In this document: piece by piece, positions 22,546 through 33,187 of the stretch
How the letters are laid out: each line of letters begins with the position of its first letter
How positions within the stretch are numbered: position 1 is the stretch's first letter
Source of the DNA: Cyanidioschyzon merolae
Lineage: Eukaryota
NCBI GenBank assembly: GCA_000091205.1
Contig: AP006489.2
Length of the DNA: 64,000 nucleotides
Strand: one strand, 5' to 3'
Translations under genes and position numbers: made by a program
Notes under the pieces: generated by a model
The model's input: the letters and a program-made list of their open reading frames with translations, nothing else
Told to the model about the DNA's origin: nothing
Databases searched by the model: none

Positions 22546-25213
22546 ATTGCCATTTCCGTCATCATCTTATACAGCCTTGGTGCGCCCATGGTATCTGTGG
22601 TAATGCACTGTGATCAGGTGTTCGCATCCATCTAGACCGTCTCCTCATCCTCCGAGCGCTGCTCAGTGGCGCATGGACGCTTGCTTCGTCGCTCGCTGGA
22701 TGTCTCCAGTTAGAACTGAGGGCTGCTCTCGGTGCCCTCACTCCATTTTGCGTCTAGTGCCTTAATCTCCGATCGCAAGTGTCTTCTGGGCGATCATTTC
22801 TGCAAGTACGCTGTCCGCTGCACATGCAAGAGCATGCGGTTCTCATTGATACAGGATTTGTGGAACGCGATTTTCTTCAGGACTGGACAAGTACTGGCAG
22901 CGAGATCCACCCTAGCAGAGACGTCATGAGGTCTCTATATTTCCATGCTCCCTTCTTGCATAATTGTGAAGCTTTCCGCATTGGTAATGACCACTGCGAT
23001 GACTCAAGCCCGTGTACAAAAACCCTTGTTCAATCCAACAGAAAAGACGCAAGCCTCAGAGAGTGGACCCCTGGAGTGTTATCATAACGATGCGACTAGC
23101 CGTTCTATCGATGACCACAAAAATAATAGGGTTTGTCTTTTGAACGGAATCGATTTCTGGATTTGAAGATTTCAGTGAATGTTCGATATCAGCGTCTGAA
23201 AAATCCTCGAATGACGATGTCGATTACTTTCTCTCGTCAATCCAGCAGCGTGATTCGCTGCGCTCACGAAGTATCTTGGAGCAGAAACGACGAACACGTG
23301 CAGAATGCGTGATCTCAATATGATTTCCATGAGCAATGGAAAACAGCGGAAGCTTGTTCATATGCATTTAATGATGGTATCGTTTACTCTATGAGTATTT
23401 TTCCGGTCTCTGCAAATCATCTTGATTCCGGTCACATAACGAATTGTAGCAGCAACGATTCGGAGAAGTCACTTCGAAAAAGCGACCGAGAATCCGAATA
23501 CTACGTATGATGCGGTCAACCCTCAATAATGCGCTTCGAATTTAGAGGCTATACATCTAAAACCGTGTGATATGAGAACCTCAAAGCGGGAACAGCTCTG
23601 TATTTGCATCTGGTAGGGTTATGGGCAAGCACCCGCTTTGCCGAGATGTCTATAGGGCTTGATCGATTCGTCTACACATACCTTGGACGCACAATCGTTC
23701 AGGAGTAGCAGGTAAGCAGGTTCGTGGATTCCTCCCATATATTCTAGTGCGCCGCACGTGGCCTCGGTTCAGTATTCCGGTCGGGACCAGGGGCTTGATG
23801 TATCCAGCAACACTGCGCATGTCCGTCCTGACTGGGAATCTGATGCACGGGGACCGTATAGAGATCGAACGGCTTTTCGGTGCCTTGTCCGGTGCCGGCT
23901 CGAGGTTGCACAAATGCGCGGCGCTTAGTTCGTCTGTGTCCTGATGCTGGAGTTTTCCTCTGGTGACGAACGCGAATGCGTCGGATTTCATTTCTGTCTC
24001 GGAGCGAACGTGTTGACGGCCCTGTTACCTACTCTGGCTACATGTTTTAGGGGCGCTTTGGTAGCGACAGCAATGCACTCGTCTGGGAACAAAGCTCTTG
24101 TACCTAGTACTTTCAGCGAAAGCTTCCAGTGCTCGAAAACACTTTCGTCTTGCGCACGACGCACGGACATTTTCAATTTCCGATATGACAAATCTTCGGT
24201 TAGTTTCCATTGCTGAGAGGTGGTTTAGAGGCAGTTACAAAAAGTTCCCTCTCAGGAGAGATGATTTGAGGCCGCGCGAGGCCCCGTTCCGTGGACAAAC
24301 TAGTATTGGCAGTGGATTTTCCAAACATCCTTCCTATGAAGCAACCTGTTGCACTGGACCACGGTACTTAACGAACATCGCACACTGCATACATTCGCAT
24401 GGATTCTAGCACTCAACTGGGGCAATAGAACGCACGTTCCTGGTTCGAGTCCCGGCACACCCGAAGAAAATCATGCGGCACACACGAACCTGCTCTAGCA
24501 TGCAACATCACGCTATGCACACCACTGCTTACCCTGTATGGCAGCGCTCCGCAAGCGCAACACCTGTCTGAGCGTGCGCGTCTTCCCAGCACCAAGGACA
24601 TCCATCACCGATCATCGAGTACTCTGAACCGCTCGATCTTCGACTGCCGATGTCACTGGAGGGATACCGTCGACGTCACCGCAGACAGCTCCCGGCATCG
24701 GGCATCGCATCGCGGCATCTGCGAATCCATCCCGCAATGATTCATGGACATAATTGGATCTTATAGGAACATGAAAAGAACAATAATAGAGACATAAATA
24801 GACACTATGGGAGCATGTATGATGCGGCGCGGTTGGCGCTCGAACTCCAGATTCGTGTCCGCTGCGAGCAGCTGCGTTGCGTCCTGCATCATCTCCAGCT
24901 GGTGGCCAAGCGTGAGGCACAACAGGAACGTTGTGCTTTCTTCGGTGCTGGCAAAGCCCGTGACGCTAGGTGACTGAAACATTCAAGAACATAACCTAGA
25001 GCCGTTTTCGCTTGCAGAAGGAACCGAGCGAGGCCTTCACGTTCGAGGACTGTTGACTCGCGGGCTTGTCGTGCACACCCCGTCCCCAGAGGACGTGTGT
25101 CAACGCCTTTCCGGGTAGTAATTTCCTGGCGAGACTTTTTCTGTCATTAATCGTGTGAGACTTGGGCTTGCTGTGCCTGTTGAAGGAGAAGCAGCAGTAG
25201 CAGCAGTCCGGGT

Positions 25214-26308
25214 ATGGGGCAGACACTGGAAAAGTGTGCGCATACGCAGCACAGCGCACCGAAGCAGCTCGAGCGCTCACATGCTGAGTCGTCACCGAGC
25301 AGCAGAGCTCGTCACTCCAACGGTGGCAACAGTAGCCCCAGAAACAGCAGTGGGCGGGATGTCGCGGGCAGTGCGGTATCGATTACGGCAGCATCCGAAC
25401 CAATAGCGGGCGCGCGCCGCTCTGCCCAGCGAAGCGAAAGCAGACGAACAGCTACCGTGCGGACAGGGGCACAGCAAGCATCCGAGGCCAGACGAGGGCT
25501 AGCATCCCCCGTTTCCAGGAAAGCTGAGAGATCCAACAAAACCAACCACTCAGTTGGTTTCAGTGCTGGTTCGCCCGAGCCGCCACCGCCACCACCGCTG
25601 ATACCGCGCCCTGGCATTGACGTCTATAACTTGCTGGATGAGGACGATGTCGATAACTCATGTCCTATATGCTTGGAATCCTACTCACACGAGAATCCAC
25701 GCATTGTAGCGTTCTGTGGGCATGCGTTCCATCTGGGTTGCATCTACGAATGGATGGAACGTAGTCCGTACTGCGCGATATGCGCACGGGCGATGCAGTT
25801 CTCCGAGCTCGCCAGTACAGAGAGTGAACGCGTGAGTCGTGAAACACGGTCGGAATCTGACTCAAGTTGGACGGTTCAGAGCGACTCGGACCACAGCAGA
25901 TCCCTTGAAAATGCCTTGGCCGAACTGGGCATTGATACGGGTGCCATATGGGGAGGCTCGGTTCTGCCGCCGCCGCCGTCGTCGTCGGTGTCGAACCCTG
26001 TAAAAAGCGTGACAGTTACTGGAGACGTGTCGCAGTCGGTGCCTGAACAGCGGCAAATGCTCCGAAGATCGTTTTCAAGACAGGGACTGCTCACTGGTAG
26101 TCATGGAGAAATCAATGAACGAGCAAATGATGACCCACTTGCAGTGGAAACGGTCGAAATGCAGGATCTGATTCAGTGGGACGAGGAGCACGACGTCACC
26201 GCGCCAGAACTTGTTGCACCGGCGCCGGTTACTGGTCTGGAGACGTACACCACAGATTCGAAGACTTGCGCGGTGCAGAATCAGGTGCTCGAGGCACAAG
26301 TCCGGTAG
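25214..26308 (+). CDS. RING-H2 finger protein (putative E3 ubiquitin ligase), Ser/Arg-rich N-terminus
   Basis: CPICLESYSHENPRIVAFCGHAFHLGCIYEWMERSPYCAICAR is a C3H2C3 RING-H2 signature. Confidence 0.75.
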   Translation: MGQTLEKCAHTQHSAPKQLERSHAESSPSSRARHSNGGNSSPRNSSGRDVAGSAVSITAASEPIAGARRSAQRSESRRTATVRTGAQQASEARRGLASPVSRKAERSNKTNHSVGFSAGSPEPPPPPPLIPRPGIDVYNLLDEDDVDNSCPICLESYSHENPRIVAFCGHAFHLGCIYEWMERSPYCAICARAMQFSELASTESERVSRETRSESDSSWTVQSDSDHSRSLENALAELGIDTGAIWGGSVLPPPPSSSVSNPVKSVTVTGDVSQSVPEQRQMLRRSFSRQGLLTGSHGEINERANDDPLAVETVEMQDLIQWDEEHDVTAPELVAPAPVTGLETYTTDSKTCAVQNQVLEAQVR

Positions 26309-27613
26309 GAAGGTCTCGAAGCTCCAGTGCAAGGTGAGTTTCAGGACGAGTAAGATTTTGAAAAGCGATCTGGAGCCGTGATGCAAGCTTACAGCACCAG
26401 CGCAGATGCTCTTTTCGAGTACGCTACACGCCCAAAGGACAGCTTTGAGGCGGCACGCACTCGACACCAAGGTGACACGAACTTGCAACAGAGAGCAGGT
26501 CCAGTGTAGTACAGCTATTCTAAACAACGGACACCAAGCTCGTCCAAGTGTAACGGATTTATTGCCGGATATATACGGCTCTTCATGTGGATACGTCCAC
26601 GTAAAGTAATCGGTGTGCTCCATGCGCATCGCGACGCAAGCGTCTGAAAAACGATAACAACACCAAAGGCAACCAATCCTGTTCGTTTGGCTGCTGCTTT
26701 CAGCCACGAAACCCAAGCGTCTTGTGCGCACGTGCGGTGTCAGCCTGACCCCGAGTGGATCCACACCAGCGTCTGCTCGTGCCACAATCCTCAATAGATG
26801 CAGGGTACAGGGTCGCGCATCGCACCTGCCAGGCTCGTGTCGACTGGTATGTAGCTATAGGGGAACGGTGCGATCACGCGAAACCCGTTCCCGTGTGAGG
26901 CTAGCTCGTCGCGACGACACCGCACCGTGTGCTGCACTCCTCTGGGAGACCTGGATGCGTTGATGAGGGCGAACGACGCACTCAAAGCACCACCGCCGGA
27001 GAGGTGCTTTACAGCACCTCCAAAATCAGCTGTACAGTAGTGTGATGCAGGGTCCGATGCAGCGCTTCATGGGAGCGTACAGCCAGACTTCAACGACGAT
27101 TTTCGTAACCAGCAGCTGACTAGCGCGCATGAATCGAGACGTAAGGGCGACCAGACGGATTCATATCCCATTGAGAAAGGTAGTCCAGGCTCGACAGGCA
27201 ACTTCGCGTCGCCGCAGTCAGCCTCGTGTAGAGCATACGACCAACGAGCCAGCGCTATGTCCGATGTAGCCGTTCGGCGCTAATCGTGCACTATCCGTCA
27301 CTCTAAGGCGGGTGTTCGAGCACCAGTCGTGCCAAGCTGGGGCACGTTGCAGACTTCGCACGCTCAGGTCACGTGTTTTTCGCACGCTGTTGCGAATGCA
27401 GCGTAAGCGAAACACTGGAGCGAGTCCAGAGCAGCGAATAATGCTCAGCGTACATTCATCTATATGCAGTGCGCTACGAAGCACCAGAGGGAAGACCCGG
27501 AAATGGCGCATGCGGACAGAGCGCCACGAGGGTGTATCTCCAAGTGGCGAACGCAGTGCTCGAGCACGGCAAGTCTAGCAGTGGCAGGTTGACAACCGCC
27601 GCACGATCTGCAA

Positions 27614-28699
27614 CTACAAGGGCTTTCGTTCTGGAACTCCCGGCGCTCGCGGATACATGCTCGGTGTTGGATGCTGCTTGTGCACGATCACGATAACCCG
27701 TCGATGGTCGTCCATATCCGTACTGCAGGCAGTTGGAGCACCGTCCGTGTCTGTGGCGACAGTACGCATATAGCGTCCGCCGTTCGCCTCTATCGAACGC
27801 ATTGCAGACGCGAGTTCCGGCCAGTGAACGTCTCCAACGGTCGATGCCTCGCGGCGATACTCCTTGGCGGCCAAGAAATATCCACCAATGCGTACAAAGG
27901 GCAAGGCAAGCTCTGAGAGTGCCGGAAGTCGGGCCACTGCACGAGCCACCACACAATCGAATGCTTCTCGCAGGGCGGGTTTGTGTGCTGCCAGCTCCGC
28001 GCGGTCCCAAATGACGCTCACGTTGGATAACTGGAGCGCCTCGACAGCCTCACGAAGCCAGTCACATTTCTTGCGCGTAGCATCAAGCAGGACGAACTCC
28101 CAGCTGGGTCGTGCAATCCCCAGGACTAGTCCTGGGAAACCACCCCCCGAACCGAGGTCCAGTAGTCGAAAATGATTGGGTGCTGCTAACCTGGGACGCT
28201 CACCAGACACTCCAGCGCATAGCGTTTCGATGATATCGACAAACCGCAAAGAGTCTACAAAGTGTTTCTCGTATACTTCCGGTTCAGTGCGGATTGCGGT
28301 TAGATTTACATGGCGATTTCGTTCTAGAAGCAAGTCACACAGCTGACTGAGGCGTCTCTTCTGCGGCGTTGATAGCAGGCGGCCCTGCTGACACCGTTCG
28401 AGGAGCCCGTCCCGCTCCGGCTGTGCAGAAGGAGCTGATCCCGCTTCACAACCTTCTCCATGGCTTGAAAAGACCCTACAGACGGGAGCAGCGTTCACAA
28501 GTGCAGACGGGCGCCACGCGACTCGCGTCCGGAAGCTTTCCACGCCCCTGGCCCGTCGCTGGAGGCAATGGTCGCTCCAACGTTGGACCGCCACCCTCAG
28601 GGCGCCATGCGAGACTCCAGTGTTGCGTAGCAGCAAGGCAGTGAAACAGAGTCTAGCGCAAGAGAGCCGTTTGCGATCAAGACCCTGAACCCTGGACAT
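27614..28699 (-). CDS. rRNA small-subunit m7G methyltransferase RsmG/GidB homologue with ~120-aa N-terminal presequence (organelle-targeted)
   Basis: NRHVNLTAIRTEPEVYEKHFVDSL ... LLDLGSGGGFPGLVLGIARP ... EFVLLDATRKKCDWLREAVEALQLSNVSVIWDRAE matches the GidB SAM-binding architecture. Confidence 0.8.
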   Translation of the reverse strand: MSRVQGLDRKRLSCARLCFTALLLRNTGVSHGALRVAVQRWSDHCLQRRARGVESFRTRVAWRPSALVNAAPVCRVFSSHGEGCEAGSAPSAQPERDGLLERCQQGRLLSTPQKRRLSQLCDLLLERNRHVNLTAIRTEPEVYEKHFVDSLRFVDIIETLCAGVSGERPRLAAPNHFRLLDLGSGGGFPGLVLGIARPSWEFVLLDATRKKCDWLREAVEALQLSNVSVIWDRAELAAHKPALREAFDCVVARAVARLPALSELALPFVRIGGYFLAAKEYRREASTVGDVHWPELASAMRSIEANGGRYMRTVATDTDGAPTACSTDMDDHRRVIVIVHKQHPTPSMYPRAPGVPERKPL

Positions 28700-29621
28700 G
28701 CGCTACGCTGCTACCGTTGAACTACCAACACACGAACGCGTAAGCAGAATCCCCGCAGGTGGAAAGTTGTTCGCGCTGGTTTCTGCCACGAAGATAGAAA
28801 CGTCTCCGCGACCTGCTGAACGCATGTTGAGGATGACCGCGTCTCACCGGAGATCGTCTACCCATGGACTTGGAACTCACTGGTATGCATTTTCGAAATG
28901 CCAAGAGACGTTGTTCTCGGAATAAAAGTAGAAATCTAGATAGCTTGAGTCATGAGGATGCGGAAGATATGCGCTCAAGTCAGATGAACGTGCATTTACA
29001 TCATCGACATCGAATGCTTCGAACGCGGCAGAGACGATACCGCAGCCCAGCGTGCCCGTCAAAGAGTCTCTCTGTATCGGTGCATGCATCCGGAGATGAC
29101 CCGAGTCTCGTAGCACTGGAGCGCGTGCCTTCGAGAACGCGTACTGGTAGCATCGGATGCGGTGATGTCGCGTCCAATGCAGGCTTTCGGTGTACTTCAA
29201 GCTGGGGCGTGTTCAAGAGCCATCAAGCCGTCCAGACTGTGTACAGCGACGGCTGCAGCAAGCGCCTGACGCAGACTCGGCATCTGAAGGCTCTTTGGAT
29301 CGATCAAGCCCTTGTTCACGAGGAAAAGCATAGGCTCAAAAAACGCATCGTCGAACAGAGCAGTACTTTTTTAGAGGAACGGTGGTGTCCGCTACCTCTG
29401 GGCACCGCGAGAGATGGAACATACGAAGGGATCCTTTGGCGGGTACGCTCATCGAGCATGTCCAATAGAACATCCATCCAGTGCTTCCTTGTCCACAGGG
29501 TGCTGCCTCGAAGCTGCTGGCACAGGGAAAACATGCACGTTGCGAGAGGAGCTGCAGGTGTACGCCTCCGGTCATTGGCAGCGTGCTGTCTACTTCCACG
29601 ACAAGGCACCGGTAGTCTGCT

Positions 29622-29832
29622 TTACAGGTACGCAGATGTAACGTAGGTCACATACGCGGGCAACAAGCGCCTGACTAGCACCAGTTCTACAGCCCGAGTC
29701 CTGTAGACCATGTTCGCAGACGCAACGTAGGCCAGATACGCAGGCACCAAGCGCTTGACTACCACCAGTTCTATGCTACAAGTCCTGTAAACCAGGTTCG
29801 CAGACGCAACGTAAGTCACGTACGCATACCCC
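29622..29832. repeat. 84-bp minisatellite, about 2.5 tandem copies
   Basis: Unit acgtaggtcacatacgcgggcaacaagcgcctgactagcaccagttctacagcccgagtcctgtagaccatgttcgcagacgca is repeated from 29725 at about 85% identity. A partial third copy follows. Confidence 0.85.
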
Positions 29833-29936
29833 AGGCATGCTTCCTCTGATCCCTGCCGACCACAGCTTGTGCCGTTTTACACTTGCTCACGTCGTACGCA
29901 CCTGAATACCGATTTTGTCATGTACATTCAAGTGCC

Positions 29937-30704
29937 TCAAGTAGTGTATTCGGGCGTGCGTTCGCTGTCGCCTCGTCCGGGGGACACCTCCAGGAGCGCA
30001 CGACCATGTGCTGTGGATTCCAGGTCCATGCAGAGTTCCTCTGCTGCTGTCGAAAGTTCGGCAGCCAAGACTTTGTACATTTCGCGCAGCTGAGCAGCGA
30101 CCGGCTCCAGCAGCGACCACTCCAAGACCGACGCCTCCTGGAGCACCAGCGGTACCGGCAACTGGCGTTCAGCGAAAGCGTCTCCAAGTCCGCCGAGTGA
30201 GAAGCGTGCAGCGAGCTCCTCTAGAACGTGTTCCAGCTCTCGTAACTTTCCCAATAGAAGCTCCGCTGCAACAGCCGGTTCCGTGTGCTGGGGAAGCGCT
30301 TCAGTCGCTGCCGCTGTACCGTTGACGGCCAATACAACACCGCTCTGGACGCCTTCCGGTGTTTGACGCATGGGCTCTGGAGCCGCACCAAACGACGCTT
30401 GAACGTCGCCCGGCTGAGGTCGACCAGTCGCCTCATCTATCCCAGCAGACTCTTCACCAGTTGAGGTCGCAGTGCTGCCCACTGGGGAGGCCTGTGGTTG
30501 TGCCTTTGCGTCAAGTCCACAAGCTACCCGAATGGAAGCGACGGCGGCGTCACCAGCGCTGCGGACAGTGGAACCCAGAGTCGCGTAGCTTAGCTCGTGT
30601 AACTGAAGCACGAGAGCCTGCGCTCGCGTTACTGGGTCCATACCGACGTCCACGAGTCGAGCAGGTGCAAGCGGTGCAGCAGTCGCTGGCGGTACGTCGA
30701 ACAA
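29937..30704 (-). CDS. hypothetical protein (255 aa)
   Basis: ORF in a very GC-rich stretch with overlapping ORFs on both strands. Coding status is uncertain. Confidence 0.3.
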   Translation of the reverse strand: MFDVPPATAAPLAPARLVDVGMDPVTRAQALVLQLHELSYATLGSTVRSAGDAAVASIRVACGLDAKAQPQASPVGSTATSTGEESAGIDEATGRPQPGDVQASFGAAPEPMRQTPEGVQSGVVLAVNGTAAATEALPQHTEPAVAAELLLGKLRELEHVLEELAARFSLGGLGDAFAERQLPVPLVLQEASVLEWSLLEPVAAQLREMYKVLAAELSTAAEELCMDLESTAHGRALLEVSPGRGDSERTPEYTT

Positions 30705-31083
30705 CTGCCGTTGCTACACCAGAGCGAGCGTCGCCGGTCGACGTGACGCCTGGGCGAGCGCTCACCTGACCTGCGCTCGCTTTCGCACCCTGGAAGCAGC
30801 CACTCGCAGTACTTCACCACTCAAGTACGTGAACGTGATGCTCTGACAACGCACGTGGCGGTAGCACGATTTTAAGTTAGATTCTGGCGTTGCAGGCATG
30901 CAGAGCCCTTGCTTGGGGAAAACTTGTCGCAGGGCAGGTAAACGCATTGAAGCACTTGAGCATTACCGTGCTCATGAGCAGCGTCCGTACAGGGCATCTA
31001 TTGCTGCGAAAATACGATGGACTAGTGCTCGGACGTATTGGCTATACAGTTTGTGGTTTGGGGGCGCAACCTGTTGGGCACCA

Positions 31084-31120
31084 GCTCCAACCAACCAACC
31101 AACCAACCAATCAAACAAAC
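31084..31120. repeat. (CCAA)n microsatellite
   Basis: ccaaccaaccaaccaaccaatcaaacaaacaacc. Confidence 0.9.
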
Positions 31121-31648
31121 AACCAGCAAGTGTGAATGCGGATGCAGAGAACGCTACGCACGTGTCGTTTCGTGGGAAGTTACGAGCATTCAAAGTGCTG
31201 ATCACATGAACGCTCGGCGCTGGCTGATACGATGCCCGACTCGAGACGTTCCGACACCTCGAGCGGGTGTGTGGGTGTCTGTGAACGTCACCCAGAGGTT
31301 GTATATCGGAAATGATGGACTTGCAGGCCGCACCGACGGCATCATCCCTATCCCTGGGTGCAATGGAAAAAAGAAGCGCACGGGTGCCCTGGATACAAGC
31401 TCCGCATTTGTCCTGCTCCTGCTCCTGCTCCTCTGTACCCGATCGCGCGACTTGTAAAAAGCAAGGCTCAGGGCAGTTGATGCAGCACCAAAGACCGGGC
31501 AGCGCGCACGTTCTCGAGCAGCACCCGAAGCGACCCGAAGCATCGTGTAGGTAGCGACTGGAGCTGCCCAGCGCACGTGCTGAGCTCGTCATTCGTCATA
31601 TCGATCGTGCTGCGCTTCCAGCGAACGTAAAGACGCTGTGTGTCTAGC

Positions 31649-33187
31649 TTACGACTCGGGCTCGCTTCGATGCAATGCTCGTACCAGAAAGCGTTGTCTC
31701 TGTTGCAGCAGTTCATAGTAGCGTTGGTATTCCGACACGCTCATACGCGCTGTATGCGCCGCTGTAATATCTTGCAGAGGAATTCGCTCACCTCCGACGA
31801 GACAAACAGCGGTAGCGTCTGCATCTGACGTAGCAAACGAATCCCCTGCCTCATCGGGTGCTTCGCTGGTGTGCCATAGCGCTTCAGAGGACGGTGCTGC
31901 TTCCGAATCGTCTGCGATCTCGAGGTCTGCCTCGGGAGCGGGACTCCAGGCAGGTTGGTAGGTGTCCTCCTTGTCAAGATTATCGTACCATGTGCCATCG
32001 GCGCCCGAGTCGACCGCCTCCTCGAAATCGACATCCGCGTAGTCGTCCTCGAATGCTTCAGCGTCTGCAGAAGCGCTTTGCTCGGCTGCGTTGCTGCTTG
32101 TGGTAAGCGTCCCAGGCTCAAGGCGGCCCGGTGCTGGTCCAGAGTGCTCAGCCGACGACTTGAAACCAGTGTGCTCTGTGGTGCGGGAGGAGGCGTTACC
32201 GAACCATGCAGGTTGTTCAGGTTGACCCTGCCGGTCCTTCGCCTGCACACCCGTCACGTGCTCCATATCCTTTGCAGAGGACCCGTTCTCCACAAGACCA
32301 GTGACCTCGACCTCGATGTCCAGCTCGTGTGAACCCAAAAATGAGTCGGCTGCACGTTCGCTCTCGGTCAGCGCAGCCTCTTCCCGTCGTGGACGTTCTG
32401 GTTGATGGGCAGCGATGAACGCACCAACTTGATCTTCGTCCATATCATCGAGCGGATGCTTGGGCGCTTCAACGACTAAACAAGCAGCGGCTGCGTCAAC
32501 TAGCGGGCGCAACTCGACTTCCACGGCATGCCGTAGTTGTCGCAAGGCGGCCAGCTCCTGGGAACGATCCACCTCGCGGACGGTGCCAGCGCAGCGCACA
32601 CCTCGTTGAACGAGCTGTGTGCACCGTAGTTCTCCAGTGCTTTCCTGTAACAGCGCAGGTACATCCAGCGCTGTATACGTCCGGTTACAGCGCTCGCAGA
32701 CGTAGTTCCCGACTGCACCGTTCGAGTCCGTGGCTCCGGAAGCGTTTTCTCGCAAACGCTCCTCTAGAATCTCTTGCACTCGATGTACTCTGTATAAGGC
32801 ATTATTCAGCACGTTCTGGTAGTCGACGTACCAGTACAGTAGTCGACGTTGCCGCACGAAAGGCGCCGCCCCGGGTCGTCGTCCCGGAAAGACGCGCTTA
32901 TACACGCGTGGCTCGCAGCGCACCATGCCACGGTCGCGTAGCTGCCACAACAGACTACGGCATTGCTTTTGATTAGCGCGGAGAATGGGCAACAACTGAA
33001 ACTCGGTACAGTACCTGAGCCGTACCAGTTGATCGACCAGGACGACCGCTCGAGCAGGAAGAAAGGTTCGCGCGTACAAACGAATGAAACGCTCGTACTC
33101 TCGCGGCACCGCGGCGAAACGATGTTTCTGATTGGACACCGACTTGACACGCCCAGCACTCGGGTCTGCCGTACAGGTGGCTGTCAT
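31649..33187 (-). CDS. general transcription factor TFIIE alpha subunit
   Basis: LRDRGMVRCEPRVYKR ... LLYWYVDYQNVLNNALYRVHRV ... YVCERCNRTYTALDVPALLQESTGELRC parallels human GTF2E1 ([22 protein letters not shown] ... [28 protein letters not shown]). It has an acidic C-terminal half. Confidence 0.75.
   Translation of the reverse strand: MTATCTADPSAGRVKSVSNQKHRFAAVPREYERFIRLYARTFLPARAVVLVDQLVRLRYCTEFQLLPILRANQKQCRSLLWQLRDRGMVRCEPRVYKRVFPGRRPGAAPFVRQRRLLYWYVDYQNVLNNALYRVHRVQEILEERLRENASGATDSNGAVGNYVCERCNRTYTALDVPALLQESTGELRCTQLVQRGVRCAGTVREVDRSQELAALRQLRHAVEVELRPLVDAAAACLVVEAPKHPLDDMDEDQVGAFIAAHQPERPRREEAALTESERAADSFLGSHELDIEVEVTGLVENGSSAKDMEHVTGVQAKDRQGQPEQPAWFGNASSRTTEHTGFKSSAEHSGPAPGRLEPGTLTTSSNAAEQSASADAEAFEDDYADVDFEEAVDSGADGTWYDNLDKEDTYQPAWSPAPEADLEIADDSEAAPSSEALWHTSEAPDEAGDSFATSDADATAVCLVGGERIPLQDITAAHTARMSVSEYQRYYELLQQRQRFLVRALHRSEPES

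Noticed and set aside
24436-24456. tRNA T-arm-like motif ctggttcgagtcccgg
   Set aside because: I could not assemble a cloverleaf (acceptor, D and anticodon arms) from the flanking sequence. If the host has permuted or split tRNA genes this deserves a tRNAscan/SPLITS run, but I do not call it a tRNA.
26075-26794. 239-aa ORF on the minus strand overlapping the 3' end of the RING-finger gene
   Set aside because: It is antisense to a well-supported gene, Arg-rich with low complexity, and has no motif. It is a likely spurious GC-driven ORF.
30000-30770. Overlapping ORFs on both strands (30008-30325 +, 30359-30769 +, 29918-30187 -)
   Set aside because: This is a very GC-rich segment where all frames stay open. 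Only the longest minus-strand ORF is retained, at low confidence.
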